64,000 bases of DNA from Candidatus Woesearchaeota archaeon (GTDB lineage Archaea; Nanobdellota; Nanobdellia; SCGC-AAA011-G17; JACPNG01), in contig JACPNE010000003.1 of NCBI GenBank assembly GCA_016185615.1, forward strand, positions 6,265 through 70,264, read 5' to 3'. The translations under genes and the position numbers were made by a program. Numbering within the stretch: position 1 is the first letter of the stretch; each line of letters starts with the position of its first letter. Positions 35,721-44,574 of the stretch are shown one piece after another. The notes under the pieces are model-generated. The model saw only the letters and a list, made by a program, of their open reading frames with translations. It was not told where the DNA came from and did no database searches.

Positions 35721-35861
35721 CTAAAAATTCTCCTTTAGTTTTAATAAGATATTTGACATCTGATCCTTAAATATTATAGCTAAATAAACAACTATTACTA
35801 TTACTATAACCATGATTATTAGTTTAGCAACAGTTTCCCAATGAAATTCTCCTTTTTCCAT
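35721..35861 (-). CDS. 46-aa minimal prepilin-like micro-protein
   Basis: Unlisted ORF: MEKG-EFHWETVAKLIIMVIVIVIVVYLAIIFKDQMSNILLKLKENF. Same architecture as the neighbouring 45-aa ORF (shared ..N.LLKL.. tail). Confidence 0.5.
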   Translation of the reverse strand: MEKGEFHWETVAKLIIMVIVIVIVVYLAIIFKDQMSNILLKLKENF

Positions 35862-35896
35862 TATATCATAATTGTTTGGTTATTTAATAAAATTTG

Positions 35897-36769
35897 TTAT
35901 CTCGCATAACCAGTGCATAATTCTTTAACTCCTTCCGAATCTGTCGCAATAATCAACGAATTAAATCCTTTACTTTGTAGAAGAGCATTAGCTCCCCCAG
36001 TGCCAACAGCCAGTAATCCGCCACCTATAAGCGCATATGGTTTAGATATATATTTGATGCCAGGAATATTTGCAATTATAACTGCTGTAGCTACTGTTGT
36101 AACAGCCCCCCTTCCAATTCTATTTAATATTCCTTCTTTTTTATTCACTATAAACAAAACAAATAATGATTTATCTTTTGTTATTTCAAGATCTTGTAAT
36201 CCAGCAACTAATTGATTTTCTCTTGTACCTGTCCCAGTTATATAATCTAAGTATGTTCTCTTATCAAGGAGTGGTTTCGGCTTATTATCTCTTAAATAAA
36301 TCGCCATTTCCTCATTGCTTATCTTAATCTCATTTTCAGAGCTTATTTTAGAACAGACATAACAAAGATCATTATCCTTAAACCACCCAGTATAATCTAT
36401 GTCACCATAAAAATTAAATTTTCCCTCTCCAAACCTTCCCCAACAGTTTGCCATCTCTTTTGCTATAACCTTTTTAGCTTCTTCTTTGGTTTTTACATTT
36501 TCTGAGTTAGTCTTACAATTAAGATTAAAAGGAGAGTTAACTTGTGGTACAATACTACCTGCAACTGGAGCTTTTTCTAACACAGCACCAACACCATATG
36601 TTTTGCTATATGTTTTTATAACAACACTAGAAAAACATATTGTATCATTAATATTGTCTAAAACAAATGGTTTCCAAAAATATATTAAGATTAAGAATAA
36701 GACAATTAAAGATATTGTTAACCCAATTAATCCAGTAATTATTGAAAATTCTCCTTTTTTTTCAGCCAA
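35897..36769 (-). CDS. prepilin-like protein (290 aa) with additional Gly-rich hydrophobic C-terminal segments
   Basis: TTG start in the ORF track. N-terminus MAEKKG-EFSIITGLIGLTISLIVLFLIL. C-terminal ..AVTTVATAVIIANIPG..ALIGGGLLAVGTGGANALL. Confidence 0.6.
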   Translation of the reverse strand: MAEKKGEFSIITGLIGLTISLIVLFLILIYFWKPFVLDNINDTICFSSVVIKTYSKTYGVGAVLEKAPVAGSIVPQVNSPFNLNCKTNSENVKTKEEAKKVIAKEMANCWGRFGEGKFNFYGDIDYTGWFKDNDLCYVCSKISSENEIKISNEEMAIYLRDNKPKPLLDKRTYLDYITGTGTRENQLVAGLQDLEITKDKSLFVLFIVNKKEGILNRIGRGAVTTVATAVIIANIPGIKYISKPYALIGGGLLAVGTGGANALLQSKGFNSLIIATDSEGVKELCTGYAR

Positions 36770-36869
36770 AACTTTTCACCAATCCATAAATTATCCCAAA
36801 AATCAAGACTATAAAAAATATTATTAATATCAATATTGCTACGGTTTCTAATCCATGCTCATCTTCCAT
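36762..36869 (-). CDS. 35-aa hydrophobic micro-protein (first ORF of the pilin operon)
   Basis: Unlisted ORF: MEDEHG-LETVAILILIIFFIVLIFGIIYGLVKSFG. It ends in SFG like the 45-aa ORF and overlaps the start of the 290-aa gene. TATA-like tttataaatatttaaata lies upstream. Confidence 0.4.
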   Translation of the reverse strand: MEDEHGLETVAILILIIFFIVLIFGIIYGLVKSFG

Positions 36870-36994
36870 AGTTAAATTTTGGTTTATAAATATTTAAATA
36901 TTATGATAAATGTTAGATTTTTATGGGTTTATTAGAAAAAATTGTATCTAAATCAAAATTATTAGCTGCTCAAATTTATCATTATTATTATGTA

Positions 36995-37186
36995 TTAATG
37001 AAATTTATTAATGCTTATTCCATATAATACTGCTATGGCACCTATTCCTACAATAATGATTTGATATGTTGCTCCTGAACTTGGAATTATTTTTACAGCT
37101 TCTGGAATAAATTCATAACTAGATATTAATGGCCATATTCCTCCCAACATTGTTAGGATTCCAACAAATGTTATCATCAGTTTCAT
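36995..37186 (-). CDS. small 2-TM membrane protein
   Basis: 63 aa with two hydrophobic helices. Directly follows the 222-aa membrane protein (1-nt spacer). Confidence 0.5.
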   Translation of the reverse strand: MKLMITFVGILTMLGGIWPLISSYEFIPEAVKIIPSSGATYQIIIVGIGAIAVLYGISINKFH

Positions 37187-37187
37187 T

Positions 37188-37856
37188 TTAAGTTGTTGAT
37201 TTTTTTATTATTCCCCAAACTATTAAAGCTATTGATCCCAAAAATGCTATATTAAACCATGGCATTAAGTCTATAGGAATTGCAGGACTAAAAATAAAAA
37301 AATTAAAACCAGTGTACTGGTCCAATAAACCAAAATAAGCCATATAAAATACAATGTATGCTCCACCCATTCCAATTAATCCTGAACCAGTAGTCTGATC
37401 TAAGATACTATAAACAAAAACTGAAAGTAGGATTATGATTATGAAAAATGCCCAAGGTCCAAAATTTTCTAATAATGAAAATCCGGTTTGTCTTTCCCAA
37501 ATTAACAAAGCTATTGATAAAAATATTCCTAGTCCAACATAAACAGCTTTTCCTCCTCCCTCTAAATGTTTTCCTAAGATTGATTGTCCTAAACCTAAGA
37601 ATATAGCTAAAAATATTCCCAAATCAAAAAAACTTGTATACTGATAATACAATTCTAGAATATCAAATTGATCATAACCTAAACCATATCCCCTATAAAC
37701 TGCTCCAGAAGTAAAATTTCCAGAGATTAAAAATAATACAAATATTCCAAGGAAGATACTCCCAGTTATTGCTATCTTGCTAGAGATATTATGAAGAGTT
37801 ATTCTATACTCTTCTTTTTTCTGAGTCCTCTTTTTCTTCATTATTATCCTAAACAA
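37188..37856 (-). CDS. polytopic membrane protein with internally duplicated LENFG/FD-type motif (family shared with 43471-45119)
   Basis: 222 aa. The segments SFFDLGIFLAIFLGLGQSILGKHLEGG and LLENFGPWAFFIIIILLSVFVYSILDQTTGSG both resemble the N-termini of the three paralogues at 43.5-45.1 kb. Confidence 0.6.
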   Translation of the reverse strand: MFRIIMKKKRTQKKEEYRITLHNISSKIAITGSIFLGIFVLFLISGNFTSGAVYRGYGLGYDQFDILELYYQYTSFFDLGIFLAIFLGLGQSILGKHLEGGGKAVYVGLGIFLSIALLIWERQTGFSLLENFGPWAFFIIIILLSVFVYSILDQTTGSGLIGMGGAYIVFYMAYFGLLDQYTGFNFFIFSPAIPIDLMPWFNIAFLGSIALIVWGIIKKSTT

Positions 37857-37879
37857 TACAAATTATATAAACCTTTCTC

Positions 37880-40045
37880 TCAAGCCACAGAAGTTATAAC
37901 ATTAATTCCATTCGCTAATACATTAAATACAAATATTCCAATTAATGATATAATAAAGTATAATCCAACCCCAAATATTAAACTTTTCCCAAGTTCATAT
38001 TTTCTCATAATCTTATCATCATTATTTTCAATTGCATTCCTTAAAATTGTTAATACAATTATTATTTCTAAGATATAAATTCCTATAACCAATTGAAAAT
38101 GAAAGCTTGGGATTACATCCTCTATCCTTAATATTTCTATTAATCCTTGTAAATTTCCAACCCCTTCCTCATTTGTCAGAGATACTGATTTGAACTGCTC
38201 CCCAAGCTTATTTATTATTGTAACAACCATTGAAGCGACTCCGACAACAATTGCTGCTATCATTGGTGCTAAGAAACTCGCTTGAGATTTCATGCTGCTT
38301 ATTATTTCTGCTAATAAATCTTTCATCCTTTCAGCCACCTTATGAATTCTATCTGCATAAACTGAGATGCTGATAAGACTCTTTGATACAACTTCAGGGC
38401 CTTTCTTAGCACTCTCAATCAAAACTTTCATGCTACTTTCAATTAGTTTAGAAGGAAAGTAAAGCAATGCTCCCCTTTCTTGATTGAATATTGCTTCATT
38501 AACGCTCATTCCCAGTTTTCTAATATTTATATTTACAATTCTAAAGAAGTTTCCTGTTGGCGTTCCTTCCAAGTCTTCTGAAATTTTTCCGAATGCCGAT
38601 TCAACAGGAATTCCACTGCCAACCCTATTTCCTAATTGAAACAAACTTCCTGTAAACTCTCTTTCTAGTTTATCTGTCTCTCTTTTGATGTCAATTAAAT
38701 TTTTTGTGTTTGCTTTGTAATACATTCCAATTGCTAAAGCCAATCCTAATGGGACAAATAAACTAAGTATCAAAGACCAAATCCCATATGGCCCGATGTA
38801 TTTATTACATACCCCATTTATTTCTTCTAAACATTTGTAATCAAGAAGTTTGCCGCCAATCCCCTCCTCCAAGAATCCAACCTGATCAAAATCATTAGTA
38901 ATTAAATGTAGCAAAACGGGCATAAATCCAATTAGTAAAAAAACAAATCCGATTAATAAAGAGATTAATAATGCTGAATCATTTTTATATTTTTTAACTT
39001 CTGGATTATTCTCAAATAAATCACTCTCTCCAAAACCACTAACTCTTTTTGATAAAATATTAATTCCTAATATTAAGACTAAAGGGGGAAGTAAAAAATT
39101 GTAGATAATTGATAAATGCCACCATTTAACTGCACCCCTCAAGAAACTTGAAACTAAAGGAAATATTACAATTCCCAATATTGGCAATATAATTCCAAGC
39201 ATATGTAACATTGTAATTGGAGAATTTAACTCATGTGCAAAATGTAACATCTTGTCATATGTTCCATCAAGCATGACTTCTAAGCTCTTATCAAGCAAAG
39301 CGACTCTTTTTGATTCATTAGGCTCTTGTAAACTTGCTTCAATTAAATGTAAAGATTCTACAAACTCTAAATTATAATTTTTCCATCCCTCTAAATAAAC
39401 ATCAAGACTTTCTTTCATTGTTGAATATTTATCGGTTTCAACATCCCAGAAAACTTTTCTTAAATCCAAAGCCATTGGATTTCCTATGTGCTCCCCAGCA
39501 AATTTAATTGCTCTTTCTAAATTGCTTGTATGTCTCATATACATAACAACATAAAGAATGCATAAAACCATTTGATTACTTGCCTTTAGTCTATATCTGT
39601 TAGCCAAATAATTTGGTATTTTGCTTAATGGCTTTATTATTAATGCTCCTAACAACAACAGGAATAACGGGGTAAAGATTAATATTTCTCCAAGAAAAAA
39701 TGAAACTAAAGCAACTATGGCTGCAATTAGTATTATTATTCCGGCTAAAATAACTGAAAAACTATAAGCCCCAATTGGAGTTATGTCTAAATGTAATATG
39801 TTTATTGATTTTTGTAATTCTTCTTCATCTTTTTGTTGAGGTTTTATCTTGATAATCCCTTCGGAAAAATTGCATAAATTTTCATAAATTGTTGTTTTTT
39901 TATCCAATAATTCTTTTCTGAATATATCATATTCTCTGGAAAACACCTCATTTGTTGGAAGATTTTCAAAAGAAAGATTTGATGTGCTTTCTAATTTTTT
40001 GCTATACTCTCCAAGAATCCTCTTTGTTTTTTCATCAATCTGCAT
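37880..40045 (-). CDS. type IV pilus/archaellum-type platform membrane protein (FlaJ/TadC/PilC-like)
   Basis: 721 aa, with many TM helices interleaved with two soluble helical regions. Immediately downstream of the secretion ATPase (1-nt spacer). The assignment is by architecture and position, not by motif. Confidence 0.65.
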   Translation of the reverse strand: MQIDEKTKRILGEYSKKLESTSNLSFENLPTNEVFSREYDIFRKELLDKKTTIYENLCNFSEGIIKIKPQQKDEEELQKSINILHLDITPIGAYSFSVILAGIIILIAAIVALVSFFLGEILIFTPLFLLLLGALIIKPLSKIPNYLANRYRLKASNQMVLCILYVVMYMRHTSNLERAIKFAGEHIGNPMALDLRKVFWDVETDKYSTMKESLDVYLEGWKNYNLEFVESLHLIEASLQEPNESKRVALLDKSLEVMLDGTYDKMLHFAHELNSPITMLHMLGIILPILGIVIFPLVSSFLRGAVKWWHLSIIYNFLLPPLVLILGINILSKRVSGFGESDLFENNPEVKKYKNDSALLISLLIGFVFLLIGFMPVLLHLITNDFDQVGFLEEGIGGKLLDYKCLEEINGVCNKYIGPYGIWSLILSLFVPLGLALAIGMYYKANTKNLIDIKRETDKLEREFTGSLFQLGNRVGSGIPVESAFGKISEDLEGTPTGNFFRIVNINIRKLGMSVNEAIFNQERGALLYFPSKLIESSMKVLIESAKKGPEVVSKSLISISVYADRIHKVAERMKDLLAEIISSMKSQASFLAPMIAAIVVGVASMVVTIINKLGEQFKSVSLTNEEGVGNLQGLIEILRIEDVIPSFHFQLVIGIYILEIIIVLTILRNAIENNDDKIMRKYELGKSLIFGVGLYFIISLIGIFVFNVLANGINVITSVA

Positions 40046-40046
40046 C

Positions 40047-42308
40047 TTAAAGCTGTCTCATTCTTATTCTTCTTTTTAACCATTCTTCCCAACTAAAAAA
40101 TATTCTCTTATTGTCAAGGTATCCAACTTCTTCTTTCACTATCTCGCTTATCCTATGGAATTGGTCATTCGAGTCTATAACAAACTTAGCTTCTAATAAT
40201 GAATCATTTTTTAGTTTATCTGCATAATTAACTAGTGTTTCTTTTATTTTTGCTCTTAATAATATATTTTCCCAGATAGCATCCCAGTTACCAGCCCACT
40301 CCTTAACATTTCCGCCTATCTCCTTGATTATTTCACTGTCTCCGTTTATCAAGTCATCAGTAGGAATTAGCATGTCTTTCTTTGTATCATATTTCATCAG
40401 ATCAACAAATCCTCTTTCTCTCAATGGATCTTCTTCCCAATGTTTTCTTACTTCAGTTATTTGGGTAATCCTCCTCCATTTATGCAACCCATCCGGACTT
40501 TTCATTGGATTTGCAACAACAATGATGTCTGTTGCTTTAAAGCTAGTTTTTGGAACTTTCAAATCATTTACAACCCTATCAAATACCCCATAAGGAGAAT
40601 CTCCATGTATTGTACCAGCAACGACATTTGCTAATGCACCTATTCTCATAGCTTCATAAAGTGCAAATGCTTCCAAACTTCTTATCTCCCCAATTATTAA
40701 GCTAGAGTCTCCTAATCTTAGTGCTGTTCTTATCCCCTCATCAGCAGCTACTTCAGTTCCTCCTTTTGTCAAAGCACTTCTAACTTTCATCTGTTGGACA
40801 TTATATCCTAATTCTCTTAGGGCATCAACTGGCAATTCTAAAGTATCTTCTAATGTTATTATTCTATACTTTCTCATTATCTCAACCAAAATTGATCCCA
40901 ATAAGCTAGTTTTTCCAGAACTTCTAGTTCCTGCAACTAACATTGTTCTTGAGCCATCTATTAAGAAACTCAATAATCCTGATCCTAATGGACTTATCAT
41001 CCCATTTTTAATGAATAATGGCAAAGTCCAAGGCTTATCTCTATGTCTTCTTAGGGCATAAGCTAATCCATATGGATTTAATGGTCTTTGTATTATTGCA
41101 ACTCTTGCCCTTGAGCTTGGTAAAATTAATTCTGTATCAAGTATTGGATTTGCTTCATCTAATGGTCTTCCACTTAATATCCTAAACTTTGATGCCCATG
41201 ACTCTGCATCCTCATTGCTAGGAACTAAATTTGTTGAACATTCACCATAATCCTCATGAACTAGGAATATTGGTGTTTGTCCTACTGGAGCATTTAACGT
41301 TATATCTTGTACTTTTTTGTCTTCTAATAAAATTTCTAGTACACCAAAGCCAATAGTATATCTAACTAATATTTGTGCTAGTTCATTTAATTCTTCAAAT
41401 GTAACCTCTACATTTCTTGATTCAGCTAATTCTTGTAATAAATCCCTTCCAATATTAAAGAAAGTATTTCTCATTTTTTCTGGCTCTAGGAATTCTTCCT
41501 CTCTGGGCTTGTGTTCTGCTAATACCCCTCTAGCTAAATCCAATAATTCATATTTATCTTCTGTTAATTTAAATTCAGGGGGAGTTAAATGATATAATGA
41601 TTTTATATCTTTCTCAGTATTGTATATTACAACATCGCTTTCTCCGAAAGAATAAACACTTAATTGCTCTCCGTCTAATGGGTGCTGTGCCATTAATCTT
41701 GTAAACATAAAATCTGGGGTAATAATCGGTCTAAAGATAGATGAATACAAACTTCTGTCTCCAATTTTATAAGCTGCTAAATTTTTTCTTGCTACATTGA
41801 TTAATTTTGTTTTATCTAATATCCCGTAGACATATTCTAATATATTGATATAAGACTGTTGAACCTCAACTAAATCAAGAGGAACTTTATTTAATTTTAT
41901 TTTTTCTTCTCTTATTAATCGTCTTAATTCAATATACGCTCCAAGTGGATCTGCTCTAAGTAAATTTATGATTAGATCTTGTAATTTAGTCTGCCATTCA
42001 GCTAAAAAATTCATGGCTCCTGGTTTTGAAGCTATGTCTGCTAAAGTTAAAATTTTTTTCTGTTTAATAAGCATTTTATACAAATTGGCAATCTCAACAA
42101 GCATCTGTGTTTGTTCATATCCATAGCTATAATTTCTTCTTTGAGTAAAAACTATTCTTCCTGTACTTGGAACTTGGACTAAATAGTCTATAGTTTTAGC
42201 CATCACAACAGCATTACCTTCTATACTAGGAACAAAACTCCATTGATTAGCATTTATTCTAAGAATATCCTCTCTTCCCTCTTTTAGAACTTGATAATCT
42301 TCTGTCAT
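40047..42308 (-). CDS. type II/IV secretion-system family ATPase (FlaI/PilB/VirB11 superfamily) with long N-terminal extension
   Basis: Walker A AGTRSSGKTS, Asp-box/Walker B region TLEDTLEL...SSLIIGEIRSLEA, His-box AGTIHG. 753 aa. Confidence 0.85.
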   Translation of the reverse strand: MTEDYQVLKEGREDILRINANQWSFVPSIEGNAVVMAKTIDYLVQVPSTGRIVFTQRRNYSYGYEQTQMLVEIANLYKMLIKQKKILTLADIASKPGAMNFLAEWQTKLQDLIINLLRADPLGAYIELRRLIREEKIKLNKVPLDLVEVQQSYINILEYVYGILDKTKLINVARKNLAAYKIGDRSLYSSIFRPIITPDFMFTRLMAQHPLDGEQLSVYSFGESDVVIYNTEKDIKSLYHLTPPEFKLTEDKYELLDLARGVLAEHKPREEEFLEPEKMRNTFFNIGRDLLQELAESRNVEVTFEELNELAQILVRYTIGFGVLEILLEDKKVQDITLNAPVGQTPIFLVHEDYGECSTNLVPSNEDAESWASKFRILSGRPLDEANPILDTELILPSSRARVAIIQRPLNPYGLAYALRRHRDKPWTLPLFIKNGMISPLGSGLLSFLIDGSRTMLVAGTRSSGKTSLLGSILVEIMRKYRIITLEDTLELPVDALRELGYNVQQMKVRSALTKGGTEVAADEGIRTALRLGDSSLIIGEIRSLEAFALYEAMRIGALANVVAGTIHGDSPYGVFDRVVNDLKVPKTSFKATDIIVVANPMKSPDGLHKWRRITQITEVRKHWEEDPLRERGFVDLMKYDTKKDMLIPTDDLINGDSEIIKEIGGNVKEWAGNWDAIWENILLRAKIKETLVNYADKLKNDSLLEAKFVIDSNDQFHRISEIVKEEVGYLDNKRIFFSWEEWLKRRIRMRQL

Positions 42309-42391
42309 ATTTTGATATAAAGGCTAACGGAACTTTTTTATAGTCTTAAGTTTTATTTAATTTTAATAAGATAAATAGTTTTCGTTTTAAG

Positions 42392-42838
42392 ATGGCTCAA
42401 GAATCAGATCTTTCATATGTTCTAAGCGACCTAAACTCAAGGTTAAGGGTGCTTGAGAGTAGGTACAACATACTTGGGGAAAGACTTCTCGTAATAAATA
42501 AGAACATGATAGAAGAATATAAAAAATTGTTAAATGAGATTAGGGCAATAGACTCAGAATTAAAAGAATTTAAGAATGATTTATTTAATGTTAAAGAAAC
42601 TACAAAAAGGGTTCTTGACGAATTTGGAAGTTTTGCTAAAAAAGAAAACATAAAAGTCCTTGAGAAATATATAAATATGTGGAATCCAATTCAATTTATA
42701 AGGGAAGAAGACGTTGAAAGAATAGTAAGCAAAAAAATGGATAAGTTTGCAACAAAGGAAGATATTCAAAAATTAATAAAAGAGTTAACAACAAAAGAAG
42801 ATGTTAAAAGATTAATACGGGGTGAAAGATTTGGATGA
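42392..42838 (+). CDS. coiled-coil protein, divergent from the pilus ATPase
   Basis: 148 aa. Heptad-rich (LNSRLRVLESRYNILGERLLVINKNMIEEYKKLLNEIRAIDSELKEFKNDL). No TM. Confidence 0.5.
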   Translation: MAQESDLSYVLSDLNSRLRVLESRYNILGERLLVINKNMIEEYKKLLNEIRAIDSELKEFKNDLFNVKETTKRVLDEFGSFAKKENIKVLEKYINMWNPIQFIREEDVERIVSKKMDKFATKEDIQKLIKELTTKEDVKRLIRGERFG

Positions 42839-43481
42839 TATTCCTACTGAAGAAGCCATGGATTTGAATAAAAGGGGACTAAAAAAAGGAGAGATAGTTA
42901 AAAAATTAGAAGAAAAAGGTTACAGACCCCAACAAATAAATGATGCTTTTAACCAAATTGATATCAAAAGTGGGATAAGTGGAAAATATCCTTATGAAGA
43001 TGTTTCTCACCCGGGAATGGAATCTTCCGTATTAAACCTAGAAGAAGAGGCCCCTTCTCCAACACAAATGGAAGAAAGGGAGATTCCTCAGCAAAGGCAA
43101 AATATTTCTACTCCGCAAATACCTCAAGTTACACAACGAGATTATAGTGCAGATACAGAAGAATTGATAGAAGCTGTAATAGAAGAAAAATGGCAGGAGT
43201 TTATGGATAGACTCGGAGATATGGAGTCTTGGAAGATAAGAACCGATGATGATATTACATCAATAAAACAAGAGGTTATTAGATTAGGTAAAAGATTTGA
43301 TAACTTACAAAGTTCAATAGTACAAAAAGTAGGGGAATACAACCAAAATATAATGGATGTAAATACTGAAATTAAAGCACTAGAAAAAGTATTCCAGAAT
43401 ATAATAGATCCTTTAACAAATAATATTAAAGAGCTAGGAAGAATAACAAAAGATTTGAAAGGGAATAAAACTAATTTTTAG
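42822..43481 (+). CDS. coiled-coil protein with small N-terminal helical domain and Pro/Gln-rich linker
   Basis: 219 aa. N-terminal RGLKKGEIVKKLEEKGYRPQQINDAF, a linker rich in P/Q/E, and a C-terminal coiled coil. Overlaps the upstream ORF by 17 nt. Confidence 0.5.
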   Translation: MKDLDDIPTEEAMDLNKRGLKKGEIVKKLEEKGYRPQQINDAFNQIDIKSGISGKYPYEDVSHPGMESSVLNLEEEAPSPTQMEEREIPQQRQNISTPQIPQVTQRDYSADTEELIEAVIEEKWQEFMDRLGDMESWKIRTDDDITSIKQEVIRLGKRFDNLQSSIVQKVGEYNQNIMDVNTEIKALEKVFQNIIDPLTNNIKELGRITKDLKGNKTNF

Positions 43482-44004
43482 CAGAAATTAATCTTACTGC
43501 TTGTGAAGCAATTACTAGAATAAATAATGTCCCCAACATTCTTGGATGGAAGAGTATTCTACCTATATCAAAAGTTATCCCCTCTCTTGCAGTCTCTTCA
43601 GAGCCATACAATCCTTGGATTACTGGACCATAAACTTGGGACATTGCAAATCCAAATATTCCTACAATAGCTATTATTGCTATTGTCCATACAACCCAAT
43701 TTTCTGAAAAAACACTTACAACTAATTTTTCATCCACTCCAACCATCATGAACACTAAGACTAACATTATGATAAAAATAAACATAAATACAAACCATGG
43801 TGTTGCTACATTCAAAACATCTTTTACTCCCGGAGTCAACATAAATAGCATAGCCATAGAAAAAGCAACAACTGTATTTATGTTGGAACTTTTTCCGAAT
43901 AAAGGCACCCTTGCAAGAATAGCATATAATACTCCAAATACAAATAAGAATGTGAATATTGGTTTGAAATAAACTACTAAACTTGTATCTAACACTGTTG
44001 CCAT
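43471..44004 (-). CDS. polytopic membrane protein, paralogue 3 of tandem family
   Basis: 177 aa. FKPIFTFLFVFGVLYAILARVPLFGKSSNINTVVAFSMAMLF aligns with the two upstream paralogues. Confidence 0.6.
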   Translation of the reverse strand: MATVLDTSLVVYFKPIFTFLFVFGVLYAILARVPLFGKSSNINTVVAFSMAMLFMLTPGVKDVLNVATPWFVFMFIFIIMLVLVFMMVGVDEKLVVSVFSENWVVWTIAIIAIVGIFGFAMSQVYGPVIQGLYGSEETAREGITFDIGRILFHPRMLGTLFILVIASQAVRLISAKN

Positions 44005-44016
44005 TTTTAATTACTT

Positions 44017-44574
44017 TTAATTTTTACCCCCTCTAAGCTCAGTTGCTAATTTTTCTAAAATTCCCTCTTCTCCTTGTTTTTTCTCTTCCCTTGTTACAAG
44101 CCAAATGATTATAACAAATACACCAACAAAAATTACGGTTCCTTTCGTTTGATCATCAAGATTAGTCAAATAATCTGGAAGGTCTAATGTTTCTCCTATT
44201 GTATTAGAAGATAATGCCCAGATTATGAATATTAATGAAACAAAAAATGCTACACCCAATAAATTTCCAGTCCATCCTGCATGTTCTTTTCCAACAAATA
44301 TTCCAACTAATAATAAGAACATCAGTATTATTATCATAAATATAGAAACATTAGGTAAAAATCTATTTACTAGTCCAACCAAAGCTTGATTTCTTATGAA
44401 TAATAATGCTATAACAAGTGAAACAACTATATTCAATTGTTTCATCTTTCCCAATATTTTTGATTTGTCTAAAACACCGAATGCTAATGTAAAGACTAAT
44501 AAGAAAGGCAACAATACATCAAAAGCTCCAATCTCTTCACCTAAATTTAATAAATCTCTAAAATCAATTGCCAT
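44017..44574 (-). CDS. polytopic membrane protein, paralogue 2 of tandem family
   Basis: 185 aa. LGEEIGAFDVLLPFLLVFTLAFGVLDKSKILGK...VVSLVIALLF. Confidence 0.6.
   Translation of the reverse strand: MAIDFRDLLNLGEEIGAFDVLLPFLLVFTLAFGVLDKSKILGKMKQLNIVVSLVIALLFIRNQALVGLVNRFLPNVSIFMIIILMFLLLVGIFVGKEHAGWTGNLLGVAFFVSLIFIIWALSSNTIGETLDLPDYLTNLDDQTKGTVIFVGVFVIIIWLVTREEKKQGEEGILEKLATELRGGKN

Noticed and set aside
37880-42308. Could the ATPase/platform pair be an archaellum (FlaI/FlaJ) operon?
   Set aside because: No archaellin (FlaA/B), FlaF, FlaG, FlaH or FlaC/D/E-like genes are recognisable nearby. The associated small proteins look like pilins or adhesins, and two carry hydrolase domains. A non-motility T4P-like system is therefore favoured.
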